Source of the DNA: Octopus bimaculoides
Taxonomy: Eukaryota
NCBI RefSeq assembly: GCF_001194135.2
Contig: NC_068987.1
Location: forward strand, 2,479,135-2,519,119
DNA length: 39,985 nt
Direction: 5' to 3'
This document shows, one piece after another, positions 1 through 10,830 of the stretch. The notes beneath the pieces are model-generated. The model saw only the letters and a program-made list of their open reading frames with translations. It made no database searches and was not told where the DNA came from. The position numbers and the translations under genes were made by a program. Numbering within the stretch: position 1 is the stretch's first letter; every line of letters starts with the position of its first letter.

Positions 1-141
1 TATATATGTATATATATATGTATGTGTATATGTATATATATATGTATGTGTATATGTATATATATATGTATGTGTATATGTATATATATATGTATGTGTA
101 TATGTATATATATATGTATGTGTGTATATGTATATATATAT

Positions 142-170
<29 letters not shown>
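1..170. repeat. Compound AT/GT microsatellite with a 24-bp higher-order unit (TGTATATATATATGTATGTGTATA)
   Basis: Unit repeated about 5 times; translates as MCICIYIC repeats in ORF 22..408. Confidence 0.9.
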
Positions 171-172
<2 letters not shown>

Positions 173-1200
173 ACTATCTCCTGCTTTTAGTCAATAACAA
201 CTGTACAATTATGGACACGCACATAAACACATATACAAATATATATATGTATATATATGTGTGTGTACATATTTGTGTGTATATATATATATATACGCAC
301 GCACACATGTATATGTTTATGCGTTTGCATGTGTGTGTGTGTGTGTGTGTATGTGCGTGTATAGTCATGTCTAAATCTGAATGTCATGGTGTCGGTGAGT
401 GTTGTTGACGGTGGACTAAATTTGGATGCTGGTGTTCGATTCCGTACTGAAGCTGTTTCACTGCTCTTCTCGGAAGGCCACATCCCTACTTTTTTTTTCC
501 AATTTGCTTTTGCTTTTTTCGTTTTGCTTTGTTTGCGGACCTCAAAAACATCGATTTGTCAAAGTAAACGAACATATATGGGAAACATGTCACGGTTATA
601 AATGTGTCCCCTTATTTGATGGCTATTCCGAGTATGATAGGACGGCACCGAAATTGTGACAATTCGGCGGAATGATTACTGGACTGTGGTCTGAGACTGA
701 CCGCATTTATCTGAAACTGTATTTGACAACAATGTGACCGAGATGCTGTACGTTGGTCAGCGCCGAAAGAAGATTGATTTGGTACCTTTTACTGAGAGTG
801 GTGCCTACTGTTTGGTGGACTGTGATCAGAGACTGAACCACTTGCCTATGCTAAGAGCAGTACACGCCTATCATATTAGTGACAGATTAGGGGACTCATT
901 GGAGGACTTAATCTACGGTTGAATCAGATAGATTATTATTTAATTCTGACAGCAGATGGAACTGATCGATGAACCTTGTTTAGAGACTGAATATTTCTAT
1001 ATTGATCTGGTACATGTTTCGGATTACTAATTGAACTGATTAACTGACTGCTCGGCCGTGGTCAGACGTTAAACCACATTGATCTGGATTATCTATCCGG
1101 AGCATTTAGCTTGATTCCTTCGGGGATTATGTTCATAACTTTGAAAGGATATTCATCTGGTGTCTATTCTCTTTCGCAGTTGGTTGAACGATGTGATTGC

Positions 1201-1240
1201 AGTCTAGATGGCGCTAGCTAGAACACGTGACGCACCGGAA
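1201..1240. promoter_or_regulatory. Cluster of promoter/insulator-type motifs
   Basis: CTAGATGGCGCTA (1204-1216; CTCF/YY1-like), CACGTG E-box (1224-1229) overlapping TGACG, and CCGGAA ETS core (1235-1240) within 40 bp of non-repetitive sequence. Motif match only. Confidence 0.3.
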
Positions 1241-1318
1241 CTTGGTCTCAACTAATTAACCAGCTTCGGAAGTTTAATTAACTCACTTTTATTAGTGAGT
1301 CCATTTATATGGCCCCAT

Positions 1319-1510
<192 letters not shown>

Positions 1511-1667
1511 AATGGAATAATTACTCTGAAGCATTGTGTGTGTGCATGTGTACATACATAGCATCATGTACGCATGCACACACAAGCATACACACGCACA
1601 AATATATGCATATATATATTGTAGACTATACAATGGAAACAAATACAATCCAAGCGTTCAACTTCCT

Positions 1668-1900
1668 TGACGTACGCATGCGCAGAAACAAAAAGGGGCT
1701 TGGTTCTGTAGCAAGTCGCAAATTTCTCGGTATTTCATGTTTATCCCACACTAGAAATAGTATGGCTCCTTCAGATTTTTACAAACAAATCACTTTGAGA
1801 GACCAAACAAACAACACAAAAGATGGCGAGAGATAAGAAACAAATGAGTCACGTGGACAAGCCTGTCTTGTGTGTTTGTGGCCTATCATGAAAAGACAGT
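1668..1900. promoter_or_regulatory. Second cluster of promoter-type motifs
   Basis: TGACGTA (about 1669), ACGCATGCGCA NRF1-like (1674-1684), AAGATGGCG YY1-like (1820-1828), TGAGTCACGTG AP-1/E-box composite (1845-1855), GTGACGCA near 1880. Motif match only. Confidence 0.3.
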
Positions 1901-2914
1901 GACGCAACTTTCACAAGCTCTCTGTGAATCGCTGCCCTATATTTCAATACACTTGTGTATTGCTAAAACAATGACACGGTAGCATCTATTAAAAATGTAA
2001 GGGTACACATGTTGACTTGCTGGGCTGCGGCTTCTATCAATAAGCACTTAAGAGAGTTAGTAGACATAATAGCGACTAAATATATATTCGTTTAATAGCT
2101 TGTCTTCTTCAACAATTGACGTTGGAAGAGAGAATTATAGGAGATTTCGCACGGGAACATATCTTACAAGTCATTTCCAATCAAGAAGAAACCTGCAAAA
2201 CTGAAGACGAATGAGATAAGTTAAATCAGATAAATTTAGGACAGGATATAGGAAGCAAGACAGACATAGAATAAAACTTACAAGTAACACAGCTCTCTCT
2301 CCTCTCTCCTCCCCTCTCTCTCTCTCTTCCACAAAGACCTGGAATAGTCATATCACCTACAAGAGTTATGGAATGGTAACATAATACCTATTTTCAGAAC
2401 GGAAGCCAAAATATTTCCGGCGCCTGTCAATCTTATTTTCGTTATCTTCTTGGGTCATTTCAGAAAGAAGTCAAAGCTCGTAATTCTGAAAGAAACAGTA
2501 CCACACCTTGTTTAGTTTCTGTGAAGTAATCTTTCCTCATAGAATTCCTGGAAGGTTTCTCTTTGGAAATGGTATTCGATGGATATTGTGTATTTATGTC
2601 TAAGCATGAAGCTACGTGTCTGTAATGTATCTGTAACGTATGCGTGCGTCTAAGCAGGCATGCTTGTATGTGTGTGTGTGTGTGTGTGTGTGTGNNNNNN
2701 NNNNNNNNNNNNNNNNNNNNNNNNNNNNNNNNNNNNNNNNNNNNNNNNNNNNNNNNNNNNNNNNNNNNNNNNNNNNNNNNNNNNNNNNNNNNNNNNNNNN
2801 NNNNNNNNNNNNNNNNNNNNNNNNNNNNNNNNNNNNNNNNNNNNNNNNNNNNNNNNNNNNNNNNNNNNNNNNNNNNNNNNNNNNNNNNNNNNNNNGTATG
2901 GATTCAAGCATGTG

Positions 2915-2988
<74 letters not shown>

Positions 2989-3433
2989 TGTATGTATGTA
3001 TGCATATGTATAAGATGCATATTTCATATATGCATTGATGGATGCATGCATGTATGTATTCATGTGTATACAGGGTTTCTACAAAGTCTGGGTACATGGC
3101 GATTAACGCATACGTTAAGAAATTATTATTTCTTATATTTAATTGTTTATGTTATGATTTTATTTACTCCACGTAGCCAGACTTTGTGGACACCCTGTAT
3201 GTTGTGTATATGTATCAATGGATGTATCTGTGTCTACTTTTGTATCTTCCAGAGGTTTGTATGTATTTATAAATATAATAGATCTATTTCTCTATGTGCT
3301 TATGTAACAGTTAACGACTAGAGCGACCATGACTTCAGGTACGTGTGTATGCGAATAGGTACCTTTGTATATATTGATGTATGTATGTGGCAAATATGGA
3401 TATTAAGTATTTACGCCTAACTATGTGGCAATA

Positions 3434-3915
3434 GATGCCGAAATTTTCAAGAGAACAAGGGTAGGATGGAAGGCATTAAACTCAATAAAGGACGTGCTTC
3501 AAACAAAATTAGGCAATATCATACGTGCTAGAATCTTCGACAGCACCGTCCTACCTGCGCTCTTAAATGCATATGAGCCCTGAGCTACCACGAAGAGGAT
3601 ACAACATCGATTGGATACGACGCAAAGGGTCATGGAGATATCCATGTAAAGAATATTTTTAAGGGAGCATATTCAAAATGAAATAATCGGGTGCCCTACG
3701 ATCACAGAGTGCCAAAACCACAAGTGCCACTGGGCTGGAAATGTCGCAAGGTTCACATGCAGTAAGGTGGAGCCCTGCAGTTGCAGAGTGGTATCCAAGA
3801 GATCGGAAAAGGCAACTTAGAAGTCCTCAACGACGATGGGAAGACGATTTGGTCAAGTAGTTTGCGTCACGATGGAAAAGCATAACGCAATCAAGACAGA
3901 AATGGAAGCATCTGA
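3434..3915 (+). mobile_element. Degenerate RTE-clade LINE, 3' end of the ORF (post-RT region)
   Basis: Manual translation DAEIFKRTRVGWKALNSIKDVLQTKLGNIIRARIFDSTVLPALLNAYEP*ATTKRIQHRLDTTQRVMEISM*, then HWAGNVARF and, after a frameshift, AVAEWYPRDRKRQLRSPQRRWEDDL. These are typical RTE C-terminal motifs (VLPxLxY, WAGHVAR, RPxxRW) with stops and frameshifts. Confidence 0.85.
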
Positions 3916-3963
3916 TGGTCTGGTCGATAATGTGATACTGTGAAGTGGCTATGAATCTATGCA

Positions 3964-4017
<54 letters not shown>

Positions 4018-4459
4018 NNNNNNNNNNNNNNNNNNNNNNNNNNNNNNNNNNNNNNNNNNNNNNNNNNNNNNNNNNNNNNNNNNNNNNNNNNNNNNNNNNN
4101 NNNNNNNNNNNNNNNNNNNNNNNNNNNNNNNNNNNNNNNNNNNNNNNNNNNNNNNNNNNNNNNNNNNNNNNNNNNNNNNNNNNNNNNNNNNNNNNNNNNN
4201 NNNNNNNNNNNNNNNNNNNNNNNNNNNNNNNNNNNNNNNNNNNNNNNNNNNNNNNNNNNNNNNNNNNNNNNNNNNNNNNNNNNNNNNNNNNNNNNNNNNN
4301 NNNNNNNNNNNNNNNNNNNNNNNNNNNNNNNNNNNNNNNNNNNNNNNNNNNNNNNNNNNTACACATATATATATATATATACACACACATAGTGAGAGAA
4401 AGAGAGGAGGAGGGAGATATATATACGCGCTGCATATATACAAAAGTATTTGTTTGTTT

Positions 4460-4523
4460 GTGCGTGCGTGCGTGCGTGCGTGCGTCCGTGCGTGCGTGCG
4501 TCCGTGCGTGCGTCCGTGCGTGC
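4460..4523. repeat. (CGTG)n tetranucleotide microsatellite with CGTC variants
   Basis: Directly visible. Confidence 0.95.
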
Positions 4524-4809
4524 ATATAGGTTATATTGTATATAAGGAAAAAGGAGGAACACAGCCTCAAAAAAAATTAATATAAATATTCCCATTAAAT
4601 AAATAATAAAAACAAATTGTTCATTTATATTCGCTTCCTGTTTAAGTATGTTCTGTTGAAGAAACAAGACATACAACATGGCTCCTACTTCCGAAATCAA
4701 CTCCGTTTCCTCTCGCCTGATTATTTAGCTTGTAACAAATACGAAGATCTGAGAAAATGTATGTTTGTGTGTGTGTTCATATATATATATAGATAGATAT
4801 ATAGACATT

Positions 4810-4840
<31 letters not shown>

Positions 4841-5081
4841 GTGTTTGTGTATGTGTTCGTATATATGTATATGCACACACAAAATTACATACACAGTGTG
4901 CGAATACGTGTGTGTGTGTATGTGTGTGTGTGATGGACGCACGCATTAATTCTGTATTACAACTCTGAGTTACAACGGCCAATATTATATGAAGCTAAAA
5001 TCTAATTGAGGAAACCAAAGGGGCCGAGGAAATTTCATTGTTTGGTTAGTTTTGTCGGAAAATTTCAGCTGCCGACATTAA

Positions 5082-5125
<44 letters not shown>

Positions 5126-5220
5126 ACACATGTAAATTTTATTTGGTTCAATAACTGGGCTGAAACACGGCTGGAGCACTGCCATCAAAGTATGTTACCT
5201 GGATTTGTTCACATCAGGGA

Positions 5221-5364
5221 CAAACAGACAGACAGAAATACAAACGGATAGATAGATAGATATATAGAGAGAGAGACAGAGAGAAAGAGAGACAGAGAGA
5301 GAGAGACAGAGACAGGCAGGCAGGCAGGCATGCAGACAGACAGACAGACAGACAGATAGATAGA
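5221..5364. repeat. Compound (GACA)/(GATA)/(GA)/(GGCA) microsatellite
   Basis: Directly visible. Confidence 0.9.
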
Positions 5365-5694
5365 AAGCTCTGTATTGACGTACACGTGATTTTAATGTTA
5401 CGTGCTCCTGCATGCTTCGATGTCTGTGTTTGTGTATGTGTGTATGCTCTATATGGATTCATGTGTGTGTGTATGTTTGCGTGTGTCTTTTAAATGAAAC
5501 TTCAAATGTCTTATACATACAACTTTATACAGGGATAACAACATTCATATTATACCTGATGCTTGTATCTTAAAAGAAGTTATGTCTTTACTATATACTC
5601 ATACACGGAAACTTAGACAACCATACACCGACAAATATACACACAAACGTATATACAAAAATAAACATCTATATTTAAATAGACGTGTATATTT

Positions 5695-5738
<44 letters not shown>

Positions 5739-7364
5739 NNNNNNNNNNNNNNNNNNNNNNNNNNNNNNNNNNNNNNNNNNNNNNNNNNNNNNNNNNNNNN
5801 NNNNNNNNNNNNNNNNNNNNNNNNNNNNNNNNNNNNNNNNNNNNNNNNNNNNNNNNNNNNNNNNNNNNNNNNNNNNNNNNNNNNNNNNNNNNNNNNNNNN
5901 NNNNNNNNNNNNNNNNNNNNNNNNNNNNNNNNNNNNNNNNNNNNNNNNNNNNNNNNNNNNNNNNNNNNNNNNNNNNNNNNNNNNNNNNNNNNNNNNNNNN
6001 NNNNNNNNNNNNNNNNNNNNNNNNNNNNNNNNNNNNNNNNNNNNNNNNNNNNNNNNNNNNNNNNNNNNNNNNNNNNNNNNNNNNNNNNNNNNNNNNNNNN
6101 NNNNNNNNNNNNNNNNNNNNNNNNNNNNNNNNNNNNNNNNNNNNNNNNNNNNNNNNNNNNNNNNNNNNNNNNNNNNNNNNNNNNNNNNNNNNNNNNNNNN
6201 NNNNNNNNNNNNNNNNNNNNNNNNNNNNNNNNNNNNNNNNNNNNNNNNNNNNNNNNNNNNNNNNNNNNNNNNNNNNNNNNNNNNNNNNNNNNNNNNNNNN
6301 NNNNNNNNNNNNNNNNNNNNNNNNNNNNNNNNNNNNNNNNNNNNNNNNNNNNNNNNNNNNNNNNNNNNNNNNNNNNNNNNNNNNNNNNNNNNNNNNNNNN
6401 NNNNNNNNNNNNNNNNNNNNNNNNNNNNNNNNNNNNNNNNNNNNNNNNNNNNNNNNNNNNNNNNNNNNNNNNNNNNNNNNNNNNNNNNNNNNNNNNNNNN
6501 NNNNNNNNNNNNNNNNNNNNNNNNNNNNNNNNNNNNNNNNNNNNNNNNNNNNNNNNNNNNNNNNNNNNNNNNNNNNNNNNNNNNNNNNNNNNNNNNNNNN
6601 NNNNNNNNNNNNNNNNNNNNNNNNNNNNNNNNNNNNNNNNNNNNNNNNNNNNNNNNNNNNNNNNNNNNNNNNNNNNNNNNNNNNNNNNNNNNNNAAAAGT
6701 AATTCTGTTCATGTTTGAACCAAATTCTTTATATCTTCCTCGCCACTCCATTCCTCCGAAAGTCGGCGACTTCCTAGATACACTCTTTTGATGTCTCTAT
6801 GTCAGCTATTACCTGTCAACATTCTCAAGCACAATGCCGTTTCCATCTTCCTGAAGATCCTGTTGAAATCTTGTTCAATGAAGAACGTAAGGTTCTGCAC
6901 AAGAATACCGTATTAAATTGCAGCCAGAGTAATATCTTGCTTAATGACAAATGATATTTAAGCGAATTCTTTGTGTTACGAAGTGTTCCGAGTCAATAAC
7001 CATGCTATTATGAAATGTCCGTGCCAATAACCATATCCTTTCTATATTTCCTGGCGATCGGCATTCACCGTCAAATATTTACTTCACCCTAGATCTATAT
7101 CCATCTGATATCTTTTCTCTTTCTTTCCAGCAGAGACGTTTAAGCTTGGTGCCTGTCTAGCTACCTACCCGTCTCACTACCCACCCACCTATATCTGTGT
7201 GTGTATCTGTATCGTGTGTATATATATGTGTGCGTGTGTGAGTGTGTATGGTGTGTGGGTGTGTGGGTGTGCATGTGTGTAAGTATGTTTTGAATAACTG
7301 TTTACATGTGTATGTATGTATATATATACGTGTGTGTGTGAGTGTGTGTGTGTGTATCCTTTTA

Positions 7365-7648
7365 TATGTTTCAGCCTTGAGGCTGCGGCCATGCTGGGGT
7401 ACCGCCTCATATATATGTGTGTGTGTGTGTGTGTGTTATATATGTATGTGTATGTACGTGTGTGTGTGTATACATATGTGTGTATATACATATGTATATA
7501 TGTATGTGTGTGTGTGTGTGGGTGTGTATGTATGTTTAATGTATGTGTTTGTATATGTGTTTACACATGTATATATATATATATGTTATATAAGTATGTG
7601 TGTGTGTTTATATTCTTTTATATGTTTCATCCTTGAGGCTGCGGCCAT
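7365..7648 (-). mobile_element. Two short fragments of SINE family B tail (7365-7405 and 7615-7648)
   Basis: Both read tttatatgtttca.ccttgaggctgcggccat(gctgggg), matching the reverse complement of the GCCCCAGCATGGCC.CAG...TGAAAC tail seen at 20390-20433. Confidence 0.6.
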
Positions 7649-7744
7649 NNNNNNNNNNNNNNNNNNNNNNNNNNNNNNNNNNNNNNNNNNNNNNNNNNNN
7701 NNNNNNNNNNNNNNNNNNNNNNNNNNNNNNNNNNNNNNNNNNNN

Positions 7745-7793
<49 letters not shown>

Positions 7794-8554
7794 CATACAT
7801 ACATACGTATGTTCAAAAATACATACTTATATAATAAGAGGAATCATACGGACGTACATGCTTCGTGCGTGCTTGTACTTTTATGCAGGGTGAGTATGAA
7901 GTGCCTGTGCAGTAAGTAACGGGGGAACAATGCTTGGAATCAGTGCATGCTGTTTCTGTTAAGCTTTTCTCTGCTGCCAGCCACTGCCACCAGCTAGCGC
8001 TCACTTCTGTAGGGGGCAGAGGAAATGAAGTCATAAGTTGCCCTCTACTGGTACATGGCTTCTCTATCAACATGACTTTTACAGTACCTCCTATTCTCAC
8101 GTGGTAACTGCGTACTTTAGGGTCTCAGATTTACCTATTGTGAATCTCATTGTAGCAGCTGATCGAAGAGAGAAGGTATGCTGGCCCAAGTCCATGTGCA
8201 CATTCCCTAACGTCACTCACCCACTTTCTCAACTCTGGTCTATTTGCAAGGGCGAGTGGGACCCAACTATGAAGGGCATTTAGAACAAAACCATGCCTAC
8301 TGAACGCATCTGGGCCCGTATCGATTGACATCTGAAGGTTCCAGAATAAAAGGCTTATACCTAAAATGGTTGCAGCAAGAATATACTGAGGGGTAACCTA
8401 AAGCCCTTAAGGTCAATAATGAGAGAAAACAGCAACTGAGAATTATATATATCTATGCAAGACCAAGATGGTTGACGGTGCCACTTGAAGACTCGTGCGG
8501 AGAGAACTAAACAAACAAATAAATGAATAAATAATGGCAGCAACAAACATAATA

Positions 8555-8767
8555 ATCTTTTCTACTAGAGACACAAGGCCTGCCATTTTGGGAAAGGGTG
8601 CTAGTCAGTTTCATAGACTCAAGTAGTACTTGACTGGTACTTGTATTATCGGCCCCAACAGGAGGAGGCAAATTCTGTCTTGGCGGGGCTTGATCTCAGA
8701 ACGTAAAGACGAAACAAATCTCGCTAAGCATTTAGTCCGACGTGCCTACTAATCTACCAGCTGGCCT
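8555..8767 (-). mobile_element. tRNA-derived SINE, family A (degenerate)
   Basis: Reverse complement shows the family head (ctggtaga..tag..gcacgtcgga), the ttctgagatcaa B-box-like block, gata..aagtacc, and the ggccttgtg tail shared with other copies in the window. Confidence 0.75.
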
Positions 8768-8819
8768 GAGTTTCCGATGTGGACACAAGGCCAGCAAATG
8801 TTTTGAGACAAAAGGCTAT

Positions 8820-8857
8820 GGATGGATGGATGAATGGATGGATGGATGGATGGATGG
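8820..8857. repeat. (GGAT)n microsatellite
   Basis: Directly visible. Confidence 0.9.
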
Positions 8858-8980
8858 AAGTGTGTATGTATGTTACCATACTCATATACGTTTGGTGTTT
8901 GAGCTGAACTGGAAACCCTGCACTGTCATATCAAGCAACATATACTGACTACGAGAAGCCCGTAAAAAGACATCTAAAAT

Positions 8981-9200
8981 ATATTTTTCTGCTCTAGGCA
9001 CAAGGCTCGAAATTTTGGGGGAAGGGTCTAGTTGATTAGATTGACTTCAGTACGCAACTGGTACTTAATTTATCGCCCCCGAAAGGATGAAAGGTAAAGG
9101 TGACCTCAGCGGAATTTGAACTCAGAATGTAAAGACAGAAGAAATACCGCTGAACATTTCGCCCGGCGTGCTAACGTTTCTGCCAGCAGCTCCCACCGCC
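8981..9200 (-). mobile_element. tRNA-derived SINE, family A (well preserved)
   Basis: Reverse complement: ggcagaaacgttagcacgccgggcgaaat...ttctgagttcaaattccgctgaggtc...ctttcatcctttcgggggcgataaattaagtaccagttgcgtactg...ccttgtgcctagagc; closely matches 10244-10472. Confidence 0.9.
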
Positions 9201-9538
9201 TTTAATTTAGCAGTTTGGAAACAGGGGGGGGGGACAGAATATATAACAGACTTCAAAGAAAGTAGTAGGATTCATTTGTTCAAATAATCACTTCAAAGTG
9301 ATGCCCCAAAATGGCCGCAATTCAATGAGTGAAACCAATGAAAGATTAACGATAAGATTTTCTTTTCTCTACAAAATGGTGTGGGTTCTAATACAAGCAA
9401 TTTAGAAATAATCTAGATATATCTCATTAATACCCTATCAATTATAAACAATTTAATTGCACCCAATTTTATGATTGCAGCAACTCTTGAACACACAAGC
9501 CTTCTAATAGTTTCATAATTATATAATCTTTATAATTG

Positions 9539-9690
9539 TTGGCGCGCCGAACTAAATGCTTAGCGGCGTTTCGTTCGTCTTCATGCTCTGAGTTCAATTT
9601 CCACCGAGGTCGACTTTGTCTTTCATTCTTTCCACGGTCAATAAAATGAGTGCCATTTGAACACTGAGATTGATGTAACCGGCTTAATGA
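9539..9690 (+). mobile_element. tRNA-derived SINE, family A (5'-truncated)
   Basis: aaatgcttagcggcgtttcg...ctctgagttcaatttccaccgaggtcgactttgtctttcattc...gtcaataaaatgagt blocks. Confidence 0.8.
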
Positions 9691-9700
9691 GATCGATCTA

Positions 9701-9885
9701 ACCGGACATCCATAGACAAGCACAGATTCAACAACTGCTCTGAAGAACTGTCTCTTCAATTTATCTGGTAGGGTTGGCTTCCATATTGTTCTAAGACCGT
9801 CTACAGCTGCCCAAGCCTTAGTAATGCGAGATTTGATATCAACGAGTTTACTTACCTAGGCAGCAATATTGTGTCCCCTGAAAAA
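9701..9885 (-). mobile_element. RTE-clade LINE fragment with an inverted 45-bp 5' piece
   Basis: Minus strand 9840-9701 reads DIKSRITKAWAAVDGLRTIWKPTLPDKLKRQFFRAVVESVLVYGCP; plus strand 9841-9885 reads NEFTYLGSNIVSPEK, the motif that normally precedes it (FxYLGS..DIxxR). Confidence 0.85.
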
Positions 9886-9906
9886 TAAGTATTAATAGGA
9901 GCACCG

Positions 9907-10061
9907 AGTTGGCAGAATCGTTAGCACACAAAACAAACTCCATTTCGTCTACTTTTACGATCTGGGTTCAAGTTTCATCGCGATTGATTTGAAATTAGTC
10001 TTTTCGGGGCGTTAAAATAAGTACCTCAGAAGCGCTGGCCTTGTGCCTGAGAGAAGAATAT
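9907..10061 (+). mobile_element. tRNA-derived SINE, family A (degenerate, internally deleted)
   Basis: gagttggcagaatcgttagcac head, tctgggttcaag, ttttcggggcgttaaaataagtacc, ggccttgtgcc tail. Confidence 0.7.
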
Positions 10062-10243
10062 TTATTCGCTGTTTTTATGCACGAGTTTATAACATAAAAC
10101 AAATAAACTAATGCAGAGACAGAGAATAGTGTTATGATTTAGATAGCATGAATGATATACACACCGTTACCTCGTTCTACAGTTTTAAATCGTACACTGG
10201 GTCGAATGTAAATAGTCCATAATATATATAACATTTCAAAACG

Positions 10244-10472
10244 GTGAGCTGGCAGAAACATTATCAGGCCGGGTGAACTGCCTAGCGGTATGCCGTCTGC
10301 CGTTATGTTCTGAGTTCAAATTCCGCCAAGGTTGACTTTGCCTTTCATCCTTTCAGGGTCGATAAATTAAGTACCAGTTACGCACTGGATGTCGATGTAA
10401 TCGGCTTAATCCCTTTGTCTGTCCTTGTCTGTCCCTTCTATGTTTAGCCCCTTGTGAGCAATAGAGAAATAA
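10244..10472 (+). mobile_element. Near full-length tRNA-derived SINE, family A, with 20-bp TSD
   Basis: gtgagctggcagaaac head, gttctgagttcaaattcc B-box-like block, gactttgcctttcatcctttcagggtcgataaattaagtacc core. ATATATAACATTTCAAAACG is repeated at 10224-10243 and 10473-10492. Confidence 0.92.
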
Positions 10473-10613
10473 ATATATAACATTTCAAAACGTCGATAAA
10501 GAAAGCTGAAGCAGGATTTGAACACGCGAACCTAACAATTACAATATATCGTTTAATTTTGAGAATTCTTAATTTTTCTTTATAAATCAATCAAACACCT
10601 GCAATTTTACATA

Positions 10614-10830
10614 TGAACGGTTGCTGAAAAGTTCCTGGGTTTGGGTAAAAGAAGATACAGGCGGATCAGTTGATTATGGTTTTATTCATGATATTCCCCT
10701 CTCAGGTTCACACACTTATTCCAGTGGTCCTTCGGTTTTTCTAAGCCCTTTAAAAGAACGCGGAAGGTTAGGCCTCCAACCGGGTCTTTCACGACACCCT
10801 TAAAGCCAGGAACTTTTCAGAAACCCCTCG
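10614..10830. mobile_element. Tc1/mariner-type MITE (217 bp)
   Basis: About 30-bp imperfect TIRs (tgaacggttgctgaaaagttcctgggttt / taaagccaggaacttttcagaaacccctcg) flanked by TA at 10612-10613 and 10831-10832. Confidence 0.85.

Noticed and set aside
6813-6894. Minus-strand 82-nt AG/GT-bounded open segment NLTFFIEQDFNRIFRKMETALCLRMLT
   Set aside because: Short, unrecognised and phase-incompatible with the other candidates; expected by chance.
7365-7648. Apparent local duplication of a SINE tail fragment about 250 bp apart
   Set aside because: The second copy ends exactly at an N gap within microsatellites, so it may be an assembly artefact.
7900-8340. Relatively GC-rich unique island with short ORFs on both strands
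   Set aside because: No recognisable motif, terminal repeat or splice structure.
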